A stretch of 64,000 bases of DNA, from positions 1,920,001 through 1,984,000 of the forward strand of contig CAWGLD010000001.1 in assembly GCA_963823335.1 (NCBI GenBank), read 5' to 3'. The position numbers were made by a program, and so were the translations under genes. Source of the DNA: an uncultured delta proteobacterium (lineage in GTDB: Bacteria; Desulfobacterota; Desulfobacteria; Desulfobacterales; B30-G6). Shown piece after piece: positions 50,605 to 59,265 of the stretch. Each line of letters starts with the position of its first letter. Positions within the stretch are counted from its first letter, which is position 1. The notes beneath the pieces were generated by a model, which saw only the letters and a program-made list of their open reading frames with translations, searched no databases and had not been told where the DNA came from.

Positions 50605-50669
50605 AACCCGGAAAAACCGGAAAGGCAAAAATCTTTTATCACGAAAAAGACCTAATAATTTTCGTGTTT
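50605..50669. repeat. Repeat family C, copy 3 (short)
   Basis: aaaatcttttatcacgaaa shared with the 41528 copy; cacgaaaa...ttttcgtg stem. Confidence 0.65.
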
Positions 50670-50696
50670 AATTTTATTGTTTATAGTTCCGTATGG

Positions 50697-52013
50697 TTAC
50701 GAAATTCTACCACTATGTGATTTTGGTATAGACCATATCAACACCGCGGCGGCAAGATCAAAAACCAAAAACATTGCATAGGCCAGATTGTAGGAGCCGG
50801 TTCGGTCAAAGCTCTGTCCGGCAATGAGATACCCCGCTATCTGCAGAATCAGGAACAGGGAAGCGAACCGAATGACAAAGGGAAACGCTTCCCTGCCGAA
50901 AATATCGGCGATAATGATGGGGTAGGTGGACATGACGCCACCCATGGTGAACCCGAAAATTACGACAAACAGGAACAAGGCCGGCAGTGATCCGTGAATG
51001 AAGGTAAAGACAAGACCAAAACCGTTCAGCACGGCAATCAGGGTGGCCACATAGCGGGTGTCAAAATAGTCGCATATGAGACCCCATAGGTATTTGCCCA
51101 GGGCACCGGCAAAGGCGGTTGCCGCCATGAGCCACATGGCAGCCAGGTCACTGAACCCGATGTCGGCAAAACGGGGTTTTAGCTGTGACATGACGCCCAC
51201 GGCAACGGCTGTTAACAGTGCATAGGCCATCCCCAGTCTCCAGAAAGTTCCATTGCGGACAAGACGCTTTATGGGCCACTGCATCATCGGCTTCCCTGTT
51301 GAAATAAACGATGCTCCCGGGCTGGGAAAGATTGAATGTCCTCTTGTTCCCGACAGACCGGTTCCTTCTCCATCCAGGACCCGGGGATCGATGCCGTCCG
51401 GGCGCAGTCCCTGGTCTTCGGGCCAGTCTTTTACGACCAGCCATGCAGCAGGTCCCACCAGAAATACCAGAAAAGATATAAAAAGCGATGCCTGCCCGAT
51501 TCCCAACCAGAGAATCATGACCATCGCCACAAGCGGTAGCACAGCCCCTGAAAAAGACACCCCTGCCGCGGCCAAGCCCATGGCACGGCCTCTTTTGGCG
51601 ATAAACCAGTTATTTACCGCAGTACTTGCTACGATACCGCCATAGGCGGCATTGCCCACAAACAGCACGATGAAATAGAAATAGAATTGTGTCAGTGTCT
51701 CCGATCGAATGAGCATGAAAAATGCAACACCGGAAAGCATGGACCCCAGCAGCATGAGGATGCGTACGCCCACACGATTGACGATGGTGCCGTAGACCAT
51801 CTGGGCCAGAAGACCGAAAAACGTGCCATACCCGGGTGCCAGGCCGATGTCGGTGCGTGTCCAGCCGTGGGCCTCACACAGGGGTTCCATGAATGCATTC
51901 ATAAGGTAGAAGCCGGTACCCACCGACATGAAATTGGCTATGAAGGCAATAATTACGATATACCAGCCATAAAATATCCTGGGCCGGGTTTCAACTCTGG
52001 CAGTGGTGATCAT
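50697..52013 (-). CDS. MFS transporter (OFA/MCT-like)
   Basis: FYGWYIV, WFIAKRGRAMG and about 12 TM segments. Confidence 0.9.
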   Translation of the reverse strand: MITTARVETRPRIFYGWYIVIIAFIANFMSVGTGFYLMNAFMEPLCEAHGWTRTDIGLAPGYGTFFGLLAQMVYGTIVNRVGVRILMLLGSMLSGVAFFMLIRSETLTQFYFYFIVLFVGNAAYGGIVASTAVNNWFIAKRGRAMGLAAAGVSFSGAVLPLVAMVMILWLGIGQASLFISFLVFLVGPAAWLVVKDWPEDQGLRPDGIDPRVLDGEGTGLSGTRGHSIFPSPGASFISTGKPMMQWPIKRLVRNGTFWRLGMAYALLTAVAVGVMSQLKPRFADIGFSDLAAMWLMAATAFAGALGKYLWGLICDYFDTRYVATLIAVLNGFGLVFTFIHGSLPALFLFVVIFGFTMGGVMSTYPIIIADIFGREAFPFVIRFASLFLILQIAGYLIAGQSFDRTGSYNLAYAMFLVFDLAAAVLIWSIPKSHSGRIS

Positions 52014-52219
52014 GCGTGTATTCCCATAACATTCAGCGTTGAGCAATACGCTATGCCATAACCTTAAGGCAATAATAAAGCACGTATTATTTCTTGATAT
52101 CGGGATTGACAAAAAAAGAATAGATATCCATCTGAGGTAATCGATTGTTAACTGAGTTGACTTATCAGCTGGTTATGATAAATTTGTTCTGCTTTATCTT
52201 GATTGTAAATCAATCGTCA

Positions 52220-52295
52220 ATTGAAGAACCGCGCAGCATGCGAAGCACTGCCGAATGGCAGAACCTACGGGGAATGTGCTCGCTTTTTCGGTTCA
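52220..52295 (-). repeat. Repeat family A, copy 3
   Basis: Five substitutions relative to 25651-25726, same orientation. Confidence 0.9.
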
Positions 52296-52378
52296 GGGTA
52301 AATTGAGCTTTTTTTCACAAAGAGCCTCACGCAATGAAATGTTCTGTCAGAAATTACGCATTCGAACGGGGTGTACAT

Positions 52379-52855
52379 ATGAAAAAGAATTGGTTTTTTG
52401 TTTGTTTAATACTTCTTATTGGTTTTTATTTTTTTGCGCCCCCGCCTATACACGCAGAAGGGAAAATTGGGTTTTCCAAGGGGCAGACAATTTATGTTCC
52501 GGCATATTCCCATATTTACAGCGGTAATCGCGAAAAACCTTTTCTGCTTACGGTAACAGTGAGTATCAGAAATATTGATCCGAAGAACCCAATCCATATC
52601 ACCACGGTCAATTATTACGAAACCCAGGGGAAACTTCTGAAAAAATATTTAGAAAAGCCTGTCGCGCTGGCACCGTTGGGATCATTACGATATATCGTTC
52701 CAGAAGGAGATAAAACCGGTGGTTCCGGTGCCAATTTTATAGTTGAATGGAAATCGGACCAACCTGTCAACCCACCCATCGCTGAAGCCGTGATGATCGG
52801 AACACAGTCTCAGCAAGGCATTTCCTTTACCTCTCGTGGTCAGGTGATTGATTAA
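52379..52855 (+). CDS. Exported protein, DUF3124-like
   Basis: Signal peptide; GQTIYVPAYSHIY, SIRNID, GGSGANFIVEW and GISFTSRG motifs. Confidence 0.8.
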   Translation: MKKNWFFVCLILLIGFYFFAPPPIHAEGKIGFSKGQTIYVPAYSHIYSGNREKPFLLTVTVSIRNIDPKNPIHITTVNYYETQGKLLKKYLEKPVALAPLGSLRYIVPEGDKTGGSGANFIVEWKSDQPVNPPIAEAVMIGTQSQQGISFTSRGQVID

Positions 52856-52895
52856 ACGAAAGCTCCTCATACAGGTGTCGGGATAAAAAACTACC

Positions 52896-54065
52896 GTGAA
52901 ACCGCTATCGGAGATCACTACCAAATTCACCGAGTCCGTCATCAGAGAGATGACACGGATCAGCAGTGCCAGGGGGGGCATCAACCTTGCCCAGGGGTTT
53001 CCGAATTTCGATCCGCCGGAGGCTATCCGTCAGGCCGCCATTGACGCCATCCAGCAGGGCTGGAACCAGTATGCCGTCACCTTTGGTGAGGCGGATCTGA
53101 GAGAAGCGATCGCCCGTAAAGCCCTTCAGTATAACCGAATCGAATGTGATCCTCACACCGATGTAACCGTTACCTGTGGTGCCACCGAGGCCATGATCGC
53201 CACACTCAAGGCCCTGGTGAACCCAGGGGATGAAATCATTATTTTCGAACCTTTTTATGAGAATTACGGACCGGACGCCATCCTCTCCGGCGCAAGACCG
53301 CGCTATGTGACACTGAGATCCCCGGACTGGTCCTATGAATCAAATGAGCTGTCTGCTGCATTTAACGGGAACACCAAGGCCATTATTATCAACACCCCCA
53401 ACAACCCCACTGGGAAAGTCTTTTCCCGTAAGGAGCTGGAGGAGATCGGCCGTCTCTGTATTAAGTGGGATGCCATGGCCATCACGGATGAAATATACGA
53501 ACACATCCTGTACGACCAGGAGACGCATGTCTCCATGGCATCCATAGACGGTATGGCCGACAGGACCGTGACCATCAACTCCCTGTCCAAAACCTATTCC
53601 GTTACCGGATGGCGTGTGGGGTGGGCGATTGCCGAAGCCGGTATCACCAGCCGTATCCGCAAGGTGCATGACTTTCTGACTGTGGGCGCGCCCACACCAT
53701 TCCAAAAAGCGGGTGTCTGTGCACTCAACATGCCCGAAGAATACTACACCGCGCTTCAGGAGCGATATACCGGTGCACGGGACCGGCTTTGCTCGGTCTT
53801 GAAAACCGTCGGTTTCAATGTTGAAGCGCCCAGGGGAGCTTATTACATCATGGCCCACGCAGGTGCCTTGATAGATCGATACCCAGACGTGGGTGCCAAC
53901 GGATTCAGCATAAAACTGCTGGACATCACAGGCATTGCAACTGTTCCGGGAACCGCCTTTTATCACTCCCCGGCAATGGGTCAGGATCAGGTCAGGTTCT
54001 GTTTTGCAAAAGATGACAGCACCATCCAGGCTGTCTGCCGGAGGCTGGAGAGACTCACCGGTTGA
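52896..54065 (+). CDS. PLP-dependent aminotransferase class I/II
   Basis: INLAQGFP, NTPNNPTG, DEIY and SLSKTYSVTGWRVG motifs. Confidence 0.93.
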   Translation: MKPLSEITTKFTESVIREMTRISSARGGINLAQGFPNFDPPEAIRQAAIDAIQQGWNQYAVTFGEADLREAIARKALQYNRIECDPHTDVTVTCGATEAMIATLKALVNPGDEIIIFEPFYENYGPDAILSGARPRYVTLRSPDWSYESNELSAAFNGNTKAIIINTPNNPTGKVFSRKELEEIGRLCIKWDAMAITDEIYEHILYDQETHVSMASIDGMADRTVTINSLSKTYSVTGWRVGWAIAEAGITSRIRKVHDFLTVGAPTPFQKAGVCALNMPEEYYTALQERYTGARDRLCSVLKTVGFNVEAPRGAYYIMAHAGALIDRYPDVGANGFSIKLLDITGIATVPGTAFYHSPAMGQDQVRFCFAKDDSTIQAVCRRLERLTG

Positions 54066-54130
54066 ACCGCAACAGCGAGCGCTGTCCCCGTGGGTTCTGC
54101 CTGCGGCAGCGCTCCGCATGCCGCGGGGTT
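54063..54130 (+). repeat. Repeat family A, copy 4 (diverged)
   Basis: Begins with the TGA stop of the aminotransferase; stems preserved despite substitutions. Confidence 0.8.
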
Positions 54131-54321
54131 AGCGAGGGACTCCGGATTAGACAGAATTCTATATGGTCGCTGCGAAACACTGCCGCACGGAAAAATATTC
54201 TCATAGTCTGCTGCGAAATTCTTCCAAAATTGCCCGCTTTCGGGTACGCTGCTTTCCATGGACATGTCTTGATTGTTCTACAAACCGCGTGCTTGGCACG
54301 CGGTTCCGAACCTGAACTTAC

Positions 54322-54347
54322 GGAGACGTGCCGTCTCCTTTGTTTTT
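54322..54347 (+). terminator. Intrinsic-terminator-like hairpin upstream of corA
   Basis: ggagacg-tgc-cgtctcc followed by tttgttttt. Confidence 0.45.
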
Positions 54348-54434
54348 CCCCCATTTTGGGGGAAATCCAAGCCACCTGTTTCACGGGTGGTAGTTGACTT
54401 GGAATTCACAGGGTTTACATAAGGGAGGTCGCCC

Positions 54435-55493
54435 ATGAAATTTAAAAAATCTTCTAAAAAAGCGGGTCTTTCTCCGGGAACTCTTTTGCACGTGGGCGAG
54501 AGGAAAGTCGACGACGTCAAAATTTCCATCATGGATTACGCTGAAGGCCATCTTCATGAAACACTTGTGGATACCATCGAGGCATGCGCGCAATTCATGG
54601 AGACAGATTCGATTACCTGGATAAATATTTCGGGCATTCACGACATTGACATGATCCAAAAACTGGGTAGCTGTTTCAGTTTGCACCCCCTGGTTCTTGA
54701 GGATGTTCTCAATACGGAACAGCGTCCCAAAATGGATGATTTTGATGTGTATCTTTTTTTATGCCTCAAGATGGTCTATCCGGATGCAGGCTATCAGACC
54801 ATACATTATGAACAAATCAGTCTTATCATCGGTCCATCTTATGTGATCTCATTGCAGGAGGTCGAAAAAGATGTTTTTGATGCTGTTAGAGAACGTATCC
54901 GGCATGCAAAGGGGCGCATTCGAAAAAAAGGGAGTGATTATCTGGCCTATGCACTGATCGACCTGGTGGTAGACCATTATTTCAAGATTCTCGAGGAACT
55001 GGGGGAAAAAATTGAAATACTCCAGGATGAGGTCATCGAAAACCCGGAGCCTTCATCCCTGGCGGTCATACAAAACCTGAAAAAGGAGCTTCTTTTCCTG
55101 CGCAAGTCCATCTGGCCCTTGAGGGAGATAGTCAATACCCTGACACGGGGGGAATCTGATCTGATCCGCGAGGATACCGTTATCTATCTTCGGGATGTGT
55201 ATGATCATACCATCCAGATTATCGACACCATCGAAACCTTTCGGGACATGCTTTCAGGGACGCTCGACATCTATCTGTCGAATATGAGCAATCGGATGAA
55301 TGAAGTCATGAAGGTATTGACGATCATGGCGACCATATTTATTCCCATGACGTTTATCGCCGGCATCTATGGGATGAATTTCAAATATATGCCGGAACTT
55401 GAATGGGCCTGGTCTTATCCGATACTGTTGCTGTTACTTCTGGGCATGTTCCTGGTGATGATATTTTGGTTCAAACGTAAAAAGTGGTTTTAA
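54435..55493 (+). CDS. corA: Magnesium/cobalt transporter CorA
   Basis: LHPLVLEDV, QRPK and GIYGMNF..MPEL signature with two C-terminal TM helices. Confidence 0.95.
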   Translation: MKFKKSSKKAGLSPGTLLHVGERKVDDVKISIMDYAEGHLHETLVDTIEACAQFMETDSITWINISGIHDIDMIQKLGSCFSLHPLVLEDVLNTEQRPKMDDFDVYLFLCLKMVYPDAGYQTIHYEQISLIIGPSYVISLQEVEKDVFDAVRERIRHAKGRIRKKGSDYLAYALIDLVVDHYFKILEELGEKIEILQDEVIENPEPSSLAVIQNLKKELLFLRKSIWPLREIVNTLTRGESDLIREDTVIYLRDVYDHTIQIIDTIETFRDMLSGTLDIYLSNMSNRMNEVMKVLTIMATIFIPMTFIAGIYGMNFKYMPELEWAWSYPILLLLLLGMFLVMIFWFKRKKWF

Positions 55494-55509
55494 GGCAAGG
55501 AGGCGGAAA

Positions 55510-57588
55510 TTGAACCGTGACCTTTTGAAATGCTGTTGCTGTTTTTTGATCCTGGTAATATGTCTGGCCGGCAGTCCGGGCCTCACGTTGGAACAGGAAA
55601 ATTCGTTCAACCTCAAGATGGATCGACGGGTTAGCGGAAATAATTTTCTGAACAAGCCAATGAATCAATCCCAGGAAAACAACCCTTTCCAGGAAGGTCT
55701 GGAACCCTGGCAACATAAAAGGTTGTCCCTGGATGGGTTAAGCTTGTCTAAGATAACTGATGATATCGAGCACCTACGGCAGTTGCTTGCAAATAGAACA
55801 GCGAGCAAAATGTGGTCAACGGAACTGAAAGAAGTCCTGCTGTCTCATAGTACCTTCTGGCTGACTTTTTTTATTCTTCTGGGCGTTACTTTATTGCTCC
55901 TGAATAGGGTTCGCTTCCATTTGATAGCTGTACTAGGGAAAATCGAACAAGGTCGATTTCCCATCAGGCACTGCAGCGTATTCATTATGCAGCACTCCAT
56001 ATTGCTTGCAGGTGCGACACTGTTTGTTTATTTATACCTTCTGGTTTCACCGTCAGCTCAAGTTTTTGGGGTTTTGCGATTTTTCACATCCATCCTGATG
56101 GTCGTGCTGTTCACAAGATGGGCCAGGTACTTCGCCAGAAATTGGCTATTAGAGCAGCATTGGATAAAGGATAGTGACACCGCGCGTTTGTCTGTGGTGC
56201 TGACAGGTGTGCGATATGGGGCAATCTTTTACATCAGCTTGGTTGGTTTGACAGGTGTTGGCAGCACGCTACCGACTGTTCTGAGCGTGTTTATCGAATT
56301 TTTTCTGCTTATAGGGGCCATTTACTTTTGGAGAAATTTTCAAAAAGGCAGAACAACCCTGACAGGAAAACCAACACGAAGACAGACCACGGTTCTATCC
56401 CTGTGTAAGATGTTCTCCTATGGTATCATTGGCGGGGGGATTGTCATGAACCTGCTGGGCTATGGTTCATTTTCAATTTACTGGTATGTTTCTTGGGGAA
56501 TGAATTTCGTTATTTTGTTGTGGGGCGGTCTGTTCTTTTTGTTCTTGCGAGAATGGCGGCAAGAGCTGAAGGCACAGACCCTTGATGGTGCCCTATATGA
56601 AGATACGGCAAACCAGCCTTTCAAGTGGTTTGTTTTCCAGCTTTCGTGGCTCATCGGGCTTGCAGTGATCTTGGTTTTGTTGATTTTTGCCTGGGGCGGA
56701 AGACAGGCCGTCATCATCAACATGGTGAGTGTGCTCAATTATCCCATCAATATCGGCAAAATAAATTTCAGTATCATCAACGTCATTTATGCGGTTGTTG
56801 TTTTGGTTTTCACGCACGCATTGGCACGTTTCTGGCGATTTGTTTTAAAGGAGAAAATTCTGTCCGAAAGCGGCTTGAATACAGGACTCCAGGATTCCAT
56901 TACCATGATCAGTGTATACGCGGTCTGGGCTTTTGGTATCATGCTGTCCCTGCACACCTTCGGCATGGGCACCACCACGCTGGCTTTCGCGTTTGGCGCC
57001 TTGGGAATCGGACTCGGGTTTGGGTTGCAGAATATTTTCAACAATTTTATCAGCGGCATTATTCTGCTGTTTGAGCGCCCCATTCAGGTGGGGGACGATA
57101 TCGAAATCAACGGTATCTGGGCCACGGTAAAAAAAATCAATGTTCGCGCTACGGTTGTGCAGACATTCGACAATGCATCCATCATTATCCCCAACTCCGA
57201 ATTCATCAGTTCCCAGGTCACCAACTGGAGTTTTAATGACAAGCACTTGAGACGCAGCATCGATGTCGGCGTGGCTTATGGCTCTGATATTGAAGGTGTC
57301 CGGAAGACCTTGCTGGAAATTGCAGACAAGACTCCAAAAGTCTTTAAACAACCTAAGCCGGATGTGGTTTTCAGGGACTTTGGGGACAGCGCATTGATGT
57401 TCCGTCTGCGTGTTTGGACGGATATCGACAACATATTCAAGATCGAAACAGCCATCCGGTTTGAAATCGATAAGCGCTTTCGAGAAAAAGGTTTTGTTAT
57501 CGCATTCCCCCAGCGGGATGTGCACCTGTTCACCGATGGCTCGCCCCAGGTTTCGGATGCCGCCGGTCGAGAGGAACCACGCAAATGA
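55510..57588 (+). CDS. MscS-family mechanosensitive channel with an extended N-terminal membrane region; start uncertain
   Basis: GIGLGFGLQNIFNNFISG, ERPIQVGD, IIPNS, VGVAYGSD and FPQRD motifs. Confidence 0.9.
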   Translation: MNRDLLKCCCCFLILVICLAGSPGLTLEQENSFNLKMDRRVSGNNFLNKPMNQSQENNPFQEGLEPWQHKRLSLDGLSLSKITDDIEHLRQLLANRTASKMWSTELKEVLLSHSTFWLTFFILLGVTLLLLNRVRFHLIAVLGKIEQGRFPIRHCSVFIMQHSILLAGATLFVYLYLLVSPSAQVFGVLRFFTSILMVVLFTRWARYFARNWLLEQHWIKDSDTARLSVVLTGVRYGAIFYISLVGLTGVGSTLPTVLSVFIEFFLLIGAIYFWRNFQKGRTTLTGKPTRRQTTVLSLCKMFSYGIIGGGIVMNLLGYGSFSIYWYVSWGMNFVILLWGGLFFLFLREWRQELKAQTLDGALYEDTANQPFKWFVFQLSWLIGLAVILVLLIFAWGGRQAVIINMVSVLNYPINIGKINFSIINVIYAVVVLVFTHALARFWRFVLKEKILSESGLNTGLQDSITMISVYAVWAFGIMLSLHTFGMGTTTLAFAFGALGIGLGFGLQNIFNNFISGIILLFERPIQVGDDIEINGIWATVKKINVRATVVQTFDNASIIIPNSEFISSQVTNWSFNDKHLRRSIDVGVAYGSDIEGVRKTLLEIADKTPKVFKQPKPDVVFRDFGDSALMFRLRVWTDIDNIFKIETAIRFEIDKRFREKGFVIAFPQRDVHLFTDGSPQVSDAAGREEPRK

Positions 57589-57634
57589 AAGGCAATCCAT
57601 GGTCATGATTTTTGGTGTTATCCCGTTTGCCAAT

Positions 57635-57676
57635 TGCAGAATATTCTTCAATGCACTGTAGGATATTCTTCAATGC
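57635..57676 (+). promoter_or_regulatory. Tandem palindromic sites, putative enhancer (UAS) for a sigma54 activator
   Basis: tgcagaatattcttcaatgc and tgtaggatattcttcaatgc, 22 bp apart, about 95-135 bp upstream of a -24/-12 promoter. Confidence 0.65.
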
Positions 57677-57767
57677 TTTGTGTTGCGGGTGTGATTCCTA
57701 CCGGTTCATCTTTTTTAACCTTCTATAATCATATACTATTTATTTATTTCCCCGTTCTATTTAATCA

Positions 57768-57783
57768 TGGCACACCCTTTGCT
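57768..57783 (+). promoter_or_regulatory. Sigma54 (RpoN) -24/-12 promoter
   Basis: TGGCACACCCTTTGCT has exact GG-N10-GC spacing and matches the TGGCAC...TTGC consensus; ends ~55 bp before the start codon. Confidence 0.8.
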
Positions 57784-57837
57784 GTACTATAGGCCTACGT
57801 ATGACAAAACCCTTTACAGCAAGCAAAAGGAGAGCAC

Positions 57838-58287
57838 ATGAACAGATCGCGGTATCTCATGGTCATCGGACTTCTGGTTACGGCCTTTTTTCTGATCGGC
57901 ATCAACAGTTTTGGGGCAAACCTCAAACAGACAACATTTGAAGTGTCAAATCTATCTTGTGGCTCCTGCCTGTCACGGATCGATGATACCCTGAAAACAT
58001 ATACAGGATATTCAAAACTGGGTGCAGATCTGCGACGGGGAATCGTCGTGGTTGAACACGAGGCAGCCCTGGAAGAGCAGGTCATCGCCAAAGCGATCAC
58101 GGATATCGGTTATCCGGCAAAAGTTGTTGCTGAAAAGGAACTTACAGAAAAACCTGATCTGTTTAAGGATCAGGGTGCAGGTTACGGGTGTTGTGGTGGC
58201 GGTGGCAGGAGTGGTGGCTGCTCGGCATCGGCGTCAACATGGAAAAGGCTTTTTAATCGACAACCGACTGCATCAACAGCGGATTAA
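57838..58287 (+). CDS. Exported heavy-metal-associated (HMA) domain protein with a Cys/Gly-rich tail
   Basis: N-terminal hydrophobic signal; VSNLSCGSC HMA motif, AITDIGY, and tail GYGCCGGGGRSGGCS. Confidence 0.85.
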   Translation: MNRSRYLMVIGLLVTAFFLIGINSFGANLKQTTFEVSNLSCGSCLSRIDDTLKTYTGYSKLGADLRRGIVVVEHEAALEEQVIAKAITDIGYPAKVVAEKELTEKPDLFKDQGAGYGCCGGGGRSGGCSASASTWKRLFNRQPTASTAD

Positions 58288-58339
58288 TTCACAAAATGCC
58301 CACCTGTTAGGCGGGATATTCCAAGCGTGGAGGCTATAT

Positions 58340-58807
58340 ATGAAAAGAATATGGATAGGTTTGATACTGGTCATTATAATTTCCCTGGGAAGTGTACCGG
58401 GAGCCTGGGCCCTGTTTGGCCCCAGGGTCGAATTGCTGGCGCCTGAAAACGGTGTGCTGAAAATCAAACTCAGCGATATCGATGACGGCAAAGCCCACTA
58501 TTTTAAGGTAAAGGCGGAGGATGGTACCCTGGTGACATTTTTTACCCTCAAGAGCAGGGATGGCGTGATTCGGGCGGCTATCGATGCCTGTGATGTCTGC
58601 TATCGGGCAGGTAAGGGATATGTGCAGGATGGTGATTTCATGGTGTGCCAAAACTGTGGTCAGCGATTCGCTTCATCCCGGATCAATGTGGTCAAGGGCG
58701 GCTGCAACCCTGCTCCGCTCAACCGCCAGGTTGAAGGGAAACACCTGTTGATCAGTATGACCGACATTAATCAAAATGCATGGTACTCTAAATATAATGA
58801 ACAGTAA
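58340..58807 (+). CDS. Exported DUF2318-like (predicted metal/Fe-S-binding) protein
   Basis: Signal peptide after GGAGG RBS; DACDVC...GY...CQNC...GGCNP.PL motif. Confidence 0.85.
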   Translation: MKRIWIGLILVIIISLGSVPGAWALFGPRVELLAPENGVLKIKLSDIDDGKAHYFKVKAEDGTLVTFFTLKSRDGVIRAAIDACDVCYRAGKGYVQDGDFMVCQNCGQRFASSRINVVKGGCNPAPLNRQVEGKHLLISMTDINQNAWYSKYNEQ

Positions 58808-58826
58808 AATGAGATCAACAATCACT

Positions 58827-59265
58827 ATGGTATATGATCTTGAAAAATACAGAGGCAAACGGGACAAAGTTCTCGGTGTAAAGAAAACGGGCATCAGTTT
58901 CGGCGCCTGGGCGGCAACGGTGTCGGCTATCATTGTCTGTGGGTCTGATTTCCATGGTTGCACCCAAATCCATCGCTTATTTCAGCACCCGGAACCTGGA
59001 TGATGTGATCTATAAGCTGTCCGGAGAACAGGCTTGGCCCCAGGATGTCATTCACAGCATTGCAACTCTGGATGGTGTCAAATTGGCCACAGCCGACAAG
59101 CAGGGCGCCCGGCTGGTTGTGACCTTTGACCGCTCAATAACGGGTATCGAGAACATGTCGGCCTTTTTCAAGGAGCGGGGGTATCAGGTTGTCCTGCTGA
59201 ACAGGGTTAGTCACCATCAGCGGATCCAGACGGAGCATGCGGAGGCGAAACTTGAAACTCTATAA
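58827..59265 (+). CDS. Single-TM protein with an HMA-like domain lacking CxxC; frameshift near 58940
   Basis: MVYDLEKYRGKRDKVLG, hydrophobic segment, then LDGVK...LVVTFD...GY ferredoxin-like pattern; overlaps the next gene. Confidence 0.65.

Noticed and set aside
52042-52059. Sigma54 promoter upstream of the MFS gene (minus strand TGGCATAGCGTATTGCT)
   Set aside because: GG-to-GC spacing is 11 rather than the required 10; plausible only if there is an indel error
52199-52213. FNR-like site TTGAT-tgtaa-ATCAA
   Set aside because: The spacer is 5 nt instead of the canonical 4, and the AT-rich context makes a chance match likely
58022-58339. N-terminal extension of the DUF2318 ORF as given in the ORF track
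   Set aside because: It overlaps the HMA gene out of frame; the RBS and signal peptide indicate a start at 58340
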